Origin: an uncultured virus (IMG/VR IMGVR_UViG_3300042298_004026)
Lineage: Duplodnaviria; Heunggongvirae; Uroviricota; Caudoviricetes
DNA: 54,589 nt
Virus record (IMG/VR): IMGVR_UViG_3300042298_004026
Reading direction: 5' to 3' (one strand)
The notes under the pieces: model-generated
Database searches by the model: none
What the model saw: only the letters and a program-made list of their open reading frames with translations
Told to the model about the DNA's origin: nothing
In this document: in pieces, positions 38,632 through 47,574 of the stretch
Layout: every line of letters begins with the position of its first letter
How positions within the stretch are numbered: position 1 is the stretch's first letter
Program-made: the position numbers and the translations under genes

Positions 38632-39213
38632 ATGGATAAAGCAACAATAGCCTCAGCATTTACACGGTATGGAACTGATAAGGGTCCAAGACGACACAAT
38701 TATCAGACTGCATATGCAAGTATTTTCAGTGATTGGACACCAGAATCATTACTTGAGATAGGTGTATGGGAAGGAGCTTCATTAGCTGCTTGGAAAGACT
38801 TGTTCCCCGAGGCCACACTTGCTGGTATTGAATTGAGACGGTATGAAACTATGGAGGCTGCCGCAAATATACCTATGTTCCATGGTAACTCGACGAGTAA
38901 AGAATTTATTGATTCGGTTGTCACAACACAATATGATGTCATTATTGATGATGGCGATCATCGTCCTGATGTTATGTGGAAAACATTCCTCAATCTTGAG
39001 GATAAATGGAAAAAATATTACATATTTGAAGACGTGTGTTTGGAAGAAAATGAAAAACTTCTACGCAGACGACTGCTTAGTAGAGGATATCGCAACATTA
39101 ATACATTCACCTCCTCATTTAATGATCCAAAGACAAATCTTCGTGGATGGGTGCAGGTTCAAGGTGAGAAGGTATATCCGCCGTTTTATATTACGATTGT
39201 GTCGAGGGAATGA
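38632..39213 (+). CDS. Class I SAM methyltransferase
   Basis: YGTDK...HNY, LLEIGVWEGAS, DVIIDDGDH, YIFED; start at 38632 after AGGAG. Confidence 0.82.
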   Translation: MDKATIASAFTRYGTDKGPRRHNYQTAYASIFSDWTPESLLEIGVWEGASLAAWKDLFPEATLAGIELRRYETMEAAANIPMFHGNSTSKEFIDSVVTTQYDVIIDDGDHRPDVMWKTFLNLEDKWKKYYIFEDVCLEENEKLLRRRLLSRGYRNINTFTSSFNDPKTNLRGWVQVQGEKVYPPFYITIVSRE

Positions 39214-40014
39214 TTGATAGATATACAGTGGAAAGGGAAAGTGGGGTATGGCGATATCGTATCCCCCATTTGTTATGCACACAATATTTCAAACAAACTT
39301 CAAGTACCAGTCAATTTAACATTTCGTTGGGCACATGGATCTGACCATAAGATCCACCCTCATGATCCTGAAACCTTATGGGAACGTGCATCATATATTG
39401 AGCGTGCTTGTTACAAAGGAAGCACACAGGTAAGTGTTTTTCATAAATTTAAAAATCCTCTCGATATAAATCATACTAACTATGATTGGGAGGTTGTTGG
39501 TAAAGATCCTTTGCATAACTATTGGTTTCCGACAAAACCAAACAGAACACAAAGCAATCTTATTGTTGTGAATTCAACACAGGGCAATTCACAGTCTTTA
39601 AAAGAATATGGCAAAGAATGGAAAGATCCTGCTGCACCCTTTTGGCCCAAAATTATTGAACGAATACAACAAAGAGGATTTGAAGTAGAGGTGGTGGATT
39701 ATAGAACATCGGTTCATCACCTAATAAATATTTTAAGACAAGCAAAAGGGTTTGTTGGATATCATGGTACCGCTGCTTGGCCCGCGAAGTTTATGCATGT
39801 GCCGAGTGTTCTTTTTGCTGACGGTGGTTCTTTGACGTCAAGATCTTTTTGCTACGCTTTTGTAGAGAGACATGCGTCGCGCTGGAAAGAAGTAGTAGAC
39901 AATCTCGATTCTTACTTGTCATATTCCCAGCAGAAGATTGAAGAAACAAAAAAAGCATATAAAACATATATGCCTAGTAAAAAATTTTTAGGACATCTTG
40001 TTTATGGGTTTTAA
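39214..40014 (+). CDS. Putative GT-B glycosyltransferase (GT9-like)
   Basis: GYGDIV N-terminal motif and AKGFVGYHGTAAWPA...VPSV C-terminal motif. Confidence 0.5.
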   Translation: MIDIQWKGKVGYGDIVSPICYAHNISNKLQVPVNLTFRWAHGSDHKIHPHDPETLWERASYIERACYKGSTQVSVFHKFKNPLDINHTNYDWEVVGKDPLHNYWFPTKPNRTQSNLIVVNSTQGNSQSLKEYGKEWKDPAAPFWPKIIERIQQRGFEVEVVDYRTSVHHLINILRQAKGFVGYHGTAAWPAKFMHVPSVLFADGGSLTSRSFCYAFVERHASRWKEVVDNLDSYLSYSQQKIEETKKAYKTYMPSKKFLGHLVYGF

Positions 40015-40690
40015 TGTCTACATAGGTTACGATGAACGTGAGGATATAGCGGCACAGGTGTGCAAGTTCTCTATTACATCGCGCTGTTCTCAACCAGTCG
40101 ATGTTAATTTTCTAAAAAGCAAAGATATACCTGAATTCACAAGACCGCGAGAACCTCAACAGTCAACGGATTTTACCTATACCCGGTTTTTAATTCCGTA
40201 TTTACAAGATTATCTACCTGGGTTTTCTATCTTCTGCGATTGTGACTTTCTTTTCCTAGTAGACATAGAAGACCTGATACAAAATATTGACCCGAATATG
40301 GCTATCAGTGTATGTAAACATCCAGCATATATTCCACGTTCAGCAATCAAAATGGACGGTGTTGTCCAGCATACTATGCTACGAAAAAATTGGGCCAGTT
40401 TAATTGTGTTTAACAATGCGCATCCATCGAATCAATTACTTACCCCAGGATATATAAACACAGTCACACCGGGACGTAAACTTCATCTGCTTGATTGGTT
40501 GAAAGATGATGAGATAGGAAGTATTCCATTGAACTGGAATGTGTTGGATGATTACTACCATCTCACTGATCTGAAGGCAATCCATTATACCGATGGTGGG
40601 CCTTGGTTTGATAATTATCGAAACACGATGTATTCACATTATTGGATGAAAGAGTATGACACCTTCCAAAGAACTACAAGCAAGTATTGA
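40004..40690 (+). CDS. GT8-like glycosyltransferase
   Basis: YIGYDERE, STDFTYTRF, FCDCDFL (DxD), KNWASL, HYTDGGPWF. Confidence 0.85.
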   Translation: MGFNVYIGYDEREDIAAQVCKFSITSRCSQPVDVNFLKSKDIPEFTRPREPQQSTDFTYTRFLIPYLQDYLPGFSIFCDCDFLFLVDIEDLIQNIDPNMAISVCKHPAYIPRSAIKMDGVVQHTMLRKNWASLIVFNNAHPSNQLLTPGYINTVTPGRKLHLLDWLKDDEIGSIPLNWNVLDDYYHLTDLKAIHYTDGGPWFDNYRNTMYSHYWMKEYDTFQRTTSKY

Positions 40691-41168
40691 TATACATAAG
40701 CAGTTTGTTGAAGAACGTTCCAGTATGTTCAGAGGATATTCAATACTCCCATATGTACCTGAACTAATGAGCCTCATTCGCAACTCAAACATATCTTCCT
40801 GTTTAGATTATGGGTGTGGTCGTGGTGAGGCATGGGAGCTACATAACTTAAAAAAACTTTTTGATTTGAAAGATCTTTATCTCTATGATCCGACCATAGC
40901 AGAATTTCAGAATCGTCCCAATAATCAAGTTGATCTTGTCATATGTATTGATGTGATGGAACACGTACCAGAGCATTGTGTTGAGGAAGTTTTGGATGAT
41001 GTAGCTTTCTTTGCTAAAAAAGCCATATTTTTCAATATTTCAACTAGACCCGCAGCGAAAGTATTACCAAACGGATCAAACGCGCATCAAACAGTACGAC
41101 CCCGTGAGTGGTGGCAGGAAAAGATCAACACGATGAACAAACTTGTTATCACGTATTATTCCTCATGA
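40656..41168 (+). CDS. Class I SAM methyltransferase
   Basis: LDYGCGRG, YDP, DLVICIDVMEHVP, NAH.TV...WW. Confidence 0.85.
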   Translation: MTPSKELQASIDIHKQFVEERSSMFRGYSILPYVPELMSLIRNSNISSCLDYGCGRGEAWELHNLKKLFDLKDLYLYDPTIAEFQNRPNNQVDLVICIDVMEHVPEHCVEEVLDDVAFFAKKAIFFNISTRPAAKVLPNGSNAHQTVRPREWWQEKINTMNKLVITYYSS

Positions 41169-41917
41169 TATCGATAAATGTCACGTATTATAATGAACCA
41201 CATTTCCTCAAGTGGTGGTACGAGGCCATGTTACGTATGGAAGATCAACAATGTCCTTACATTCTTAATATTGGTGACGATGGATCAATGCGTGATCCGG
41301 CAATAAATTTCTTTGAAAAGAATCCACCAACAAAAAACATGCGTTTGTTTCGTGTGAAAGAGGATATTGGTTTCAATTCCCACGGTACACGTAACTTGTT
41401 AATGCGAGAAACCACAACAGATTGGAATTTAAATTCTGACATCGATAGACGCTATCCCGACACTACCCTTCGTTCAATTCATAAGAACGAAAAGAATCTG
41501 AAACCGAGTTTATATTATTCCTTTTGGGAAAAAATACAATCTTCTCATGATAGATTTTCTGTGAATGAATATCTTGTTCATAAAGAAACTTTTTGGAAGA
41601 CAGGTGGCTACGATGAAGAATTTGTAAATATTCATTTTGGTGATCGCTATTTTCTTGATGCATTAAGAAGGGTCGCTAAGAGAAAAAAGATCGATTTTTG
41701 GCACGTTAAATATGTACGCGGTGCTCGTGACGTTACATGGACAGATGTGCCATTTACTATATACCCCGATGATAAGACGCTTATACATCCTAATGATAGA
41801 TGGGCTAATGAAGAGTTTCGTTTTGCATTAAAGAAATTCGTCCAAGATAGAAACAAGACGCACGAAGGTCGTATGTCTAAGAAAGTTATCAACTTCGAAT
41901 GGGAACGGATTTTCTAG
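41165..41917 (+). CDS. GT2/GT7-like glycosyltransferase
   Basis: TYYN, DDGS, RNL, SDID (DxD), GGYDEEF...GD; start at ATG 41165. Confidence 0.8.
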   Translation: MISINVTYYNEPHFLKWWYEAMLRMEDQQCPYILNIGDDGSMRDPAINFFEKNPPTKNMRLFRVKEDIGFNSHGTRNLLMRETTTDWNLNSDIDRRYPDTTLRSIHKNEKNLKPSLYYSFWEKIQSSHDRFSVNEYLVHKETFWKTGGYDEEFVNIHFGDRYFLDALRRVAKRKKIDFWHVKYVRGARDVTWTDVPFTIYPDDKTLIHPNDRWANEEFRFALKKFVQDRNKTHEGRMSKKVINFEWERIF

Positions 41918-41920
41918 CAC

Positions 41921-43087
41921 ATGGCTCCACCAATTAAAACCGAGGTTCAAGACGCAACAATAGGGTTAGGGTATATTGGTGAAACAATACTACAGTGTGC
42001 GATTGCAGCACGTTTACAAATTAGAAACAGGTCAATCACAGCCAGCGATGTTGTAGAAAAAATTCGTGATTTTGTTGAGGAGCGGAAAGGTAAAAATTGG
42101 AATCCTCCGCTGGGTAGTCGTAAAACAAAAATGATAACACGTGAACTCAGCTACTATGCTGTCAACATGAATATAGCAGGAAAAGACCAAGTCGTTAACT
42201 ACTTGTCGCTAAACAAAACAGCATATGACTTTCTTCAGTCAAATAGACTAACTCTCACGAAACGCAAAGATACACGTCGTCTGATAGACGATTCTGTTAG
42301 GTATGTAAACAGCCGTGAACCAAAAGAGCATGCTGAATATTTCTATACAAACGGTTTCATAGATCTACTTGAAATCGTGTCTTTGGGCGTGATAGGACAA
42401 CAAAAAGATGTTAGCGGTGACATATTAACAAAAGCTGATATTAAGACGTCGTATCGTGAAGGGTATGTACCAGGTAAACGTAATAGTGGTACCCTTAAAG
42501 ATTTTAACTTAAATTTATCTGTAAAAATACGTGGTGAAAAACAATTTGGTCAGGTGAGTGGTTTTGATGGTAGTAGAATGAACATATTTGCTTCTTCTGT
42601 AGGTGTAAAGTTAAGTCCAGGCGTAATCAATCAGATTAACGAAATAGCCAAAACAGTCCCAAAAAGTGATATTACTCGCGATGCTGTTGAGAAAGCACAT
42701 AGACAAGCTATGGCAATAGTGTATCCTTTCATTGCTGAACAGATAAATCAAGGTCGGGTAGGGTTTGATACATTCATAGATGGTATCTTTAACTTTATAG
42801 CTCTTCGCGACCCATCCGTTAGCATTATTGATATTGGCTCCGGGTATAAAAGATACGTTACACAAAAGCTATCATATATTAAGGACGCTTCCGTAGGGTA
42901 TCAAAGAAGGTTGCGAGCTGTATCCACCGAAACAGGAACAGGTAACTGGAACTTGAATGTATATGTTGATAATAATCAAGGTTCTCAATACGTTGTAAAG
43001 TTGTCATCGCGGACGATTGGAACGATAGCAAGGAACTATATTACTTCGGGGATCGTGTTGCGAAAATGGTTAGCGGAATTAGAGTAA
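41921..43087 (+). CDS. Hypothetical protein, possible PD-(D/E)xK nuclease
   Basis: 388 aa; N-terminal GE helix, KADI...NLSVK, FGQVSG. Confidence 0.45.
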   Translation: MAPPIKTEVQDATIGLGYIGETILQCAIAARLQIRNRSITASDVVEKIRDFVEERKGKNWNPPLGSRKTKMITRELSYYAVNMNIAGKDQVVNYLSLNKTAYDFLQSNRLTLTKRKDTRRLIDDSVRYVNSREPKEHAEYFYTNGFIDLLEIVSLGVIGQQKDVSGDILTKADIKTSYREGYVPGKRNSGTLKDFNLNLSVKIRGEKQFGQVSGFDGSRMNIFASSVGVKLSPGVINQINEIAKTVPKSDITRDAVEKAHRQAMAIVYPFIAEQINQGRVGFDTFIDGIFNFIALRDPSVSIIDIGSGYKRYVTQKLSYIKDASVGYQRRLRAVSTETGTGNWNLNVYVDNNQGSQYVVKLSSRTIGTIARNYITSGIVLRKWLAELE

Positions 43088-43106
43088 AACCACAAGAAAG
43101 ACCATA

Positions 43107-43298
43107 ATGTTTCTTTTTGAAAAAAGTACGACTGTGTTCCTCCTATCGTATTTGGACGCTACTCAGAAGTTAATCAGTTTCTCACTAGAAACAATACCAC
43201 ACTCAGCCCCTCTTATCTTAAATCTAGCAACGCTTCAGATGACTATAAGTGTCACTTCTGACCTGCTATTAGAGTCACTAAAAAATTCAAATACGTAG
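43107..43298 (+). CDS. Possible small hypothetical protein (alternatively non-coding structured region)
   Basis: 63 aa ORF fills the gap and has a weak AGAAAG SD, but composition is atypical. Confidence 0.3.
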   Translation: MFLFEKSTTVFLLSYLDATQKLISFSLETIPHSAPLILNLATLQMTISVTSDLLLESLKNSNT

Positions 43299-43310
43299 TA
43301 ATTGTAGGTT

Positions 43311-43318
43311 TATAAATA
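43311..43318 (+). promoter_or_regulatory. T4-type late promoter TATAAATA
   Basis: Exact consensus before the putative internal-head-protein cluster. Confidence 0.85.
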
Positions 43319-43356
43319 CATCCAGAGTTAGGCTAAGGTAAACCTCTGAGGTATAC

Positions 43357-44703
43357 ATGGAAAAAAATAAAAAGAAAAACAACGGCAAAAAAGTTGTCGT
43401 TGATAAAAGTAATTCAAAATCACAGATCATTCTCAATCCTCCAGAAAAAGAGAATCCTGCTCCTTATAAAGAGCAATTTCTCAACGCTTTGAATAAACAT
43501 CGTGTCTCGCTCGAGGAAAGAACAAAGATAGTTCTCACTGCCAAGTCTGTACAGATGGGTGTTCCTGCTTTTGTTTTAGAACAAGTATACCTCCGTGGCG
43601 CCAAATCATTGCCTGATAACTGTAATCTTACACGTGAACAATACGCAATGAATCGTGTTAATTCATTCATTGCTGGAGGCGCAGCTTTGAAAGAAGATTC
43701 TGATTTACTACCTATTTTTGAACGCATTGGTATGAAAGGAACTGGTGGTGCTGGTCGTCCTCATATCAAACGCGAAGTCAATCCATACAACCGTAAAATT
43801 GTGTTTCATGTTGTTGATGCAAAAGGTCGTGTGAAACATACTACAACTGATGAAATGGCAGCAAAGCGTCACTTAGCATCGAAATATCAATCGTATATGG
43901 AAATGACCGAGAATCCTGCTAAGAGATTTGAAGGTACAAAGAGCCTTGTTAAAACGTACAAAGACGATACACCTGGCGAACAAAAGGAAGAGAAGATGAA
44001 AGGTAAAGATCCCTGCTGGAAAGGATATGAAATGGTTGGCCAGAAACTCAAGGCAGGCCGCAAAGTACCTAACTGCGTTCCAAAGAATGAAGAAGTTATC
44101 AATGAGGGTGAAGGTATTGTAACTCCAAGAAAAACAAGAGCGTCTTTTTTACCTCCTGCTCCAGGAACATACGCTCATGCTCTTAAAAGTGGTGAGTATG
44201 CAAAGTATGGCTTCACCAAATCCGGAAAGGAAACCGCAGCTAAAAAGCGCGAAGGAATGAAGAAAGAAGAAGTTGAGCAGGTTGATGAAGCTCATTTCAG
44301 AAACCAAGGCTTTCTAGGTGCTAATGCTAAGAGAGCATTTCGAAGTGCAGAACTTGCACATGAACTAGGTCACGAAGATAGAGGAAAAAAATCAAGTGAC
44401 CCGCGCCGCGACGCTGTAATAAAATCGTATAACGAAAAACCACATGATGTTCACATCAACGGTAAAAAATGGAAGACATTTGGATCATTCAGTCATGCAC
44501 ATAACGTAGCCAAAAAAATTAAAGGTGCTACCGTGCATGTTTCAGAAGAGTTAGCAATGGAACAAATGAACACAAAAAAGCATGTTCGTTCTGGTGATCC
44601 AAACAAATCTGGTACATTTGAGCGTCAACCAGATGGAAGATTCAAGATGGTATCGAAGCTTGATGCTCTCAAGCAGCGACTCAAAGCTAAACACCAAAAG
44701 TAA
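43357..44703 (+). CDS. Modular basic protein, probable internal head protein
   Basis: Short modules (EQYAMNRVNSF; DPCWKGYEMVG..KVPNCVP) separated by E-rich sites such as KKEEVEQVDEA. Confidence 0.6.
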   Translation: MEKNKKKNNGKKVVVDKSNSKSQIILNPPEKENPAPYKEQFLNALNKHRVSLEERTKIVLTAKSVQMGVPAFVLEQVYLRGAKSLPDNCNLTREQYAMNRVNSFIAGGAALKEDSDLLPIFERIGMKGTGGAGRPHIKREVNPYNRKIVFHVVDAKGRVKHTTTDEMAAKRHLASKYQSYMEMTENPAKRFEGTKSLVKTYKDDTPGEQKEEKMKGKDPCWKGYEMVGQKLKAGRKVPNCVPKNEEVINEGEGIVTPRKTRASFLPPAPGTYAHALKSGEYAKYGFTKSGKETAAKKREGMKKEEVEQVDEAHFRNQGFLGANAKRAFRSAELAHELGHEDRGKKSSDPRRDAVIKSYNEKPHDVHINGKKWKTFGSFSHAHNVAKKIKGATVHVSEELAMEQMNTKKHVRSGDPNKSGTFERQPDGRFKMVSKLDALKQRLKAKHQK

Positions 44704-44712
44704 GAAAACAAC

Positions 44713-45015
44713 ATGCAGTCATTTAAAAATTTTTTGCTTGTTGAGTACAAAACACCTGCATGGTCACGCCGTGAAGGCAAGAACCCTGAGGGTGGTTTGA
44801 ATCGTAAAGGTATTGCTTCTTATCGTGCTGCAAATCCTGGTTCAAAATTATCGATGGCTGTTACGACAAAACCTTCCAAGTTAAAACCTGGAAGTAAGGC
44901 TGCCAATCGTCGCAAATCATTCTGTGCACGGATGAGTGGCGTTGATGGACCAATGAAGAAACCAAACGGTGAGCCTACTCGTAAGGCTCTCGCACTAAGA
45001 AAATGGAATTGCTAA
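44713..45015 (+). CDS. Conserved basic phage protein (DUF6321-like)
   Basis: AWSRREGKNPEGGLN, RRKSFCARM, ALRKWNC; capsid-targeting-like MQSFKNFLLVE. Confidence 0.65.
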   Translation: MQSFKNFLLVEYKTPAWSRREGKNPEGGLNRKGIASYRAANPGSKLSMAVTTKPSKLKPGSKAANRRKSFCARMSGVDGPMKKPNGEPTRKALALRKWNC

Positions 45016-45016
45016 T

Positions 45017-45463
45017 ATGGAAGAACTCATTCAACAGATGAAAGTATATCTTGCAGACAACGTTGCATTTGGTATGAAGGCACAACAATACCACTGGAAT
45101 GTTGAAGGAGATGATTTTCCTCAGTACCACACATTCTTAGGTAATCTATACGAAGAAGTCAATAGTGTAACAGATCAGATTGGTGAGCATATTCGTACGC
45201 TGGATGCATACGCTCCTCTTTCTTTCAGAAGACTACTTGAACTAACAAGTATTGAAGAGACAGATGTAGCTCCTGGAAGAATGGTTATGATACGTAACCT
45301 GTACAGTGACAATAACAAAGTTCTGTCTTCGATTATGGAGGCATATAGGCTTGCAGAAAGATACAATGAATTGGGATTGTCTAATTTTCTACAAGATCGA
45401 ATAACAGCACATAAAAAACATCAGTGGATGCTACGCTCTATTCTGAAAGAAGAACAACAATGA
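45017..45463 (+). CDS. dps: Dps/ferritin-like DNA-protection protein
   Basis: YHWNVEGDDFPQYH, LYEE...DQIGEHIRTL, HKKHQWML. Confidence 0.9.
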   Translation: MEELIQQMKVYLADNVAFGMKAQQYHWNVEGDDFPQYHTFLGNLYEEVNSVTDQIGEHIRTLDAYAPLSFRRLLELTSIEETDVAPGRMVMIRNLYSDNNKVLSSIMEAYRLAERYNELGLSNFLQDRITAHKKHQWMLRSILKEEQQ

Positions 45464-45666
45464 CCTACAGAAGTCTTTCTACCATCATACGAGAATTGCG
45501 TGAGAAACGAGAAAATCAATCGCAGTACAGATCTCTAACTCATGCTGCTAGATCGATCTATAACAGACAGATTACGCCCGCATCTTCTGAACCAACAGAA
45601 CAAGAGCTTGCACATATTCAAAATATTAAACAACAAGTGAAACTTAAAATAATCGACAATCCCTAA
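45460..45666 (+). CDS. Hypothetical protein
   Basis: ATGA-type overlap with the dps stop region; YRSL repeated; ends KIID. Confidence 0.6.
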   Translation: MTYRSLSTIIRELREKRENQSQYRSLTHAARSIYNRQITPASSEPTEQELAHIQNIKQQVKLKIIDNP

Positions 45667-45676
45667 GGAGAAACAA

Positions 45677-46594
45677 ATGATTAAAGATTTATCCCAGAGC
45701 CTTGTGGCTGCTGTAAACGAGATCAACAAAAAATCTCGTGAGCAGTATATTACAGAACGTAATGCTTTGAATGAAAAAATGGCTGCGAAAGCCATGAAGA
45801 TGCCCAAGCAACCTGAGCCTAAAGCTGACCCTGCCGCTCATACGGGTGCTGCTGGTATGGCAAAGAAAAACATGGGCGAAGCTGCAGAAGGCTCGACTCC
45901 ACGTAATGCTAAAGAAAAAGAGCTTGCTAAGCTACATGGTAACCCAAACAAAATTACTCATGGCGATGTTCTGAAGGGCCGTGGAGTAGTTCGTAAAGAA
46001 GCATGGGAAGACATGCTGAAAGCTGTGAAGGAAAAAGGTACAGGCAAATTTGACAAGAAAGAGACGAAGCCTGGTGTAACTCGTTATACCCGCAAATCCT
46101 CAACCTATGATGATGGTGGCCAGGACAAGGATATGAAACTAGCTAACGATAAACGTAAGATGTATATCCGTTCAAACGAAGAAGTACAGCAAGTTGACGA
46201 GCTTAGCTATGAAACTCTTGATAGATACAAACGTGCTGCTAGAAAAGATATGTATAAAATGCAAGGACCTGATGGTAAACCTTCAGAGAAGAATAAAGAA
46301 AAACATGCCAAGCGAGTGGCTGGTTATAGAAAGGCATGGCATAAACAAGAAGATATGAAAGAGAACAAAGATACACCAGGAAACAGCACACACCAGTGCG
46401 CTATCCATGTTAAGTCTGAACAGTATGGCGAAGGTAAAACTCTTACAAGCCAGCACGCAGAACCAGATCAGAATGGACATATTGAGTGGTATGATGTAAT
46501 GTTTGCTGAGGGTATCAAGCGCGTTATGACCTCGGATATCGAGGTGCTTGTGTCCGAAGGCCACATGAACCACAAGAAAAAAGGAAAAATGTAA
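45677..46594 (+). CDS. Modular basic protein, probable internal head protein
   Basis: AAGGAG SD; EEVQQVDELS site; C-terminal HQCAIHV...WYDVMF domain. Confidence 0.6.
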   Translation: MIKDLSQSLVAAVNEINKKSREQYITERNALNEKMAAKAMKMPKQPEPKADPAAHTGAAGMAKKNMGEAAEGSTPRNAKEKELAKLHGNPNKITHGDVLKGRGVVRKEAWEDMLKAVKEKGTGKFDKKETKPGVTRYTRKSSTYDDGGQDKDMKLANDKRKMYIRSNEEVQQVDELSYETLDRYKRAARKDMYKMQGPDGKPSEKNKEKHAKRVAGYRKAWHKQEDMKENKDTPGNSTHQCAIHVKSEQYGEGKTLTSQHAEPDQNGHIEWYDVMFAEGIKRVMTSDIEVLVSEGHMNHKKKGKM

Positions 46595-47253
46595 TGAAAA
46601 AGGATCTTAACGAGCTGTCGCGGACAGGTATTCTTTCTCGTTATATCAGCAAAGCTCGCACTCAGGCAAATAGTCCTGGAACGTCAACACGTACAGCTTT
46701 GAAAAGAGAGCGTGGTATTGACCTCGCTCGTAAAAAGAAATGGGGTGGTATTGAGGATATGCCTGGTAAGCCTGCTAAAGTTGTGGGGACAAGTATGAAA
46801 AAAGAAGAGGCTGAACAAATTGATGAACTTAGTGTTGATGCTCTTGAAAGATATAAACGCAAAGCTGGCGAACAAATGAAACAAAACACTGATGCCACAG
46901 CTACTCATGATCGTGTAGCAAAGCCAGGTAAAGAAAAAGTTGTTGCTAAAAGAATTGCAGGACGTAGTTTAGCTACTCATAAACAAGTTCAACAAATGTA
47001 TAAACAAATGAATAAAGAAGAATATGGGGATGTTAGTATGAAATCATTCAATCAGTTTATTGCAGAAGCAGCCACTAAAGTACATCCTAATGCTATCCAC
47101 GTATCGGATGCTGGTGCTGGTAAGTATAAGGTTCATGCCGTAGGTAGTGAGCATGCAGACCGTATCAAAGTTGGTGAACACCTCACCGACACGGAGCTGG
47201 ATGATTTTTCGGAAATGGGTGGCAAAATTAAGAATGTGAAAGCTAAGGATTAA
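46594..47253 (+). CDS. Modular basic protein, probable internal head protein
   Basis: LNELS and EEAEQIDELS sites; internal MKSFNQFIAEA. Confidence 0.6.
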   Translation: MKKDLNELSRTGILSRYISKARTQANSPGTSTRTALKRERGIDLARKKKWGGIEDMPGKPAKVVGTSMKKEEAEQIDELSVDALERYKRKAGEQMKQNTDATATHDRVAKPGKEKVVAKRIAGRSLATHKQVQQMYKQMNKEEYGDVSMKSFNQFIAEAATKVHPNAIHVSDAGAGKYKVHAVGSEHADRIKVGEHLTDTELDDFSEMGGKIKNVKAKD

Positions 47254-47254
47254 A

Positions 47255-47545
47255 ATGCCATTCCTACCTGCTCTTGGATCGAGGCTTGTTGTTGGAGGTG
47301 AGGATCAGAAGTATGAACCTGTACCAGAGAAGGTTGCTCAGCAAAGAACTGAGCAACGTTCTCCAACGACTGTTGTTGTTATTGGTGAGCAGGTTCCAAA
47401 AACATTGCATGAACACGTCTTTAAATATCAACGCGCTCCTCGAGGTGAGGTTGTTCAAGCCAAAAACACGACGTCAACAAATAACAAGAGACCACAAAAA
47501 ACCTCTCAATATAAAAGAGACTTGTTGACTTCTAAAGAGTCATAA
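47255..47545 (+). CDS. Hypothetical protein
   Basis: 96 aa ORF filling the gap with an AAGGA SD. Confidence 0.5.
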   Translation: MPFLPALGSRLVVGGEDQKYEPVPEKVAQQRTEQRSPTTVVVIGEQVPKTLHEHVFKYQRAPRGEVVQAKNTTSTNNKRPQKTSQYKRDLLTSKES

Positions 47546-47548
47546 ATA
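47541..47548 (+). promoter_or_regulatory. Late promoter variant CATAAATA
   Basis: 26 nt before the structural gene at 47575. Confidence 0.6.
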
Positions 47549-47574
47549 TCACTAAACATCTCAAGGAGATAAAA

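Noticed and set aside
43323..43370. Resemblance of the CAGAG/CTCTG hairpin plus A-run to a preQ1-I riboswitch
   Set aside because: Loop lacks the preQ1-I consensus, the A-run is inside the coding sequence, and the downstream gene is unrelated to queuosine.
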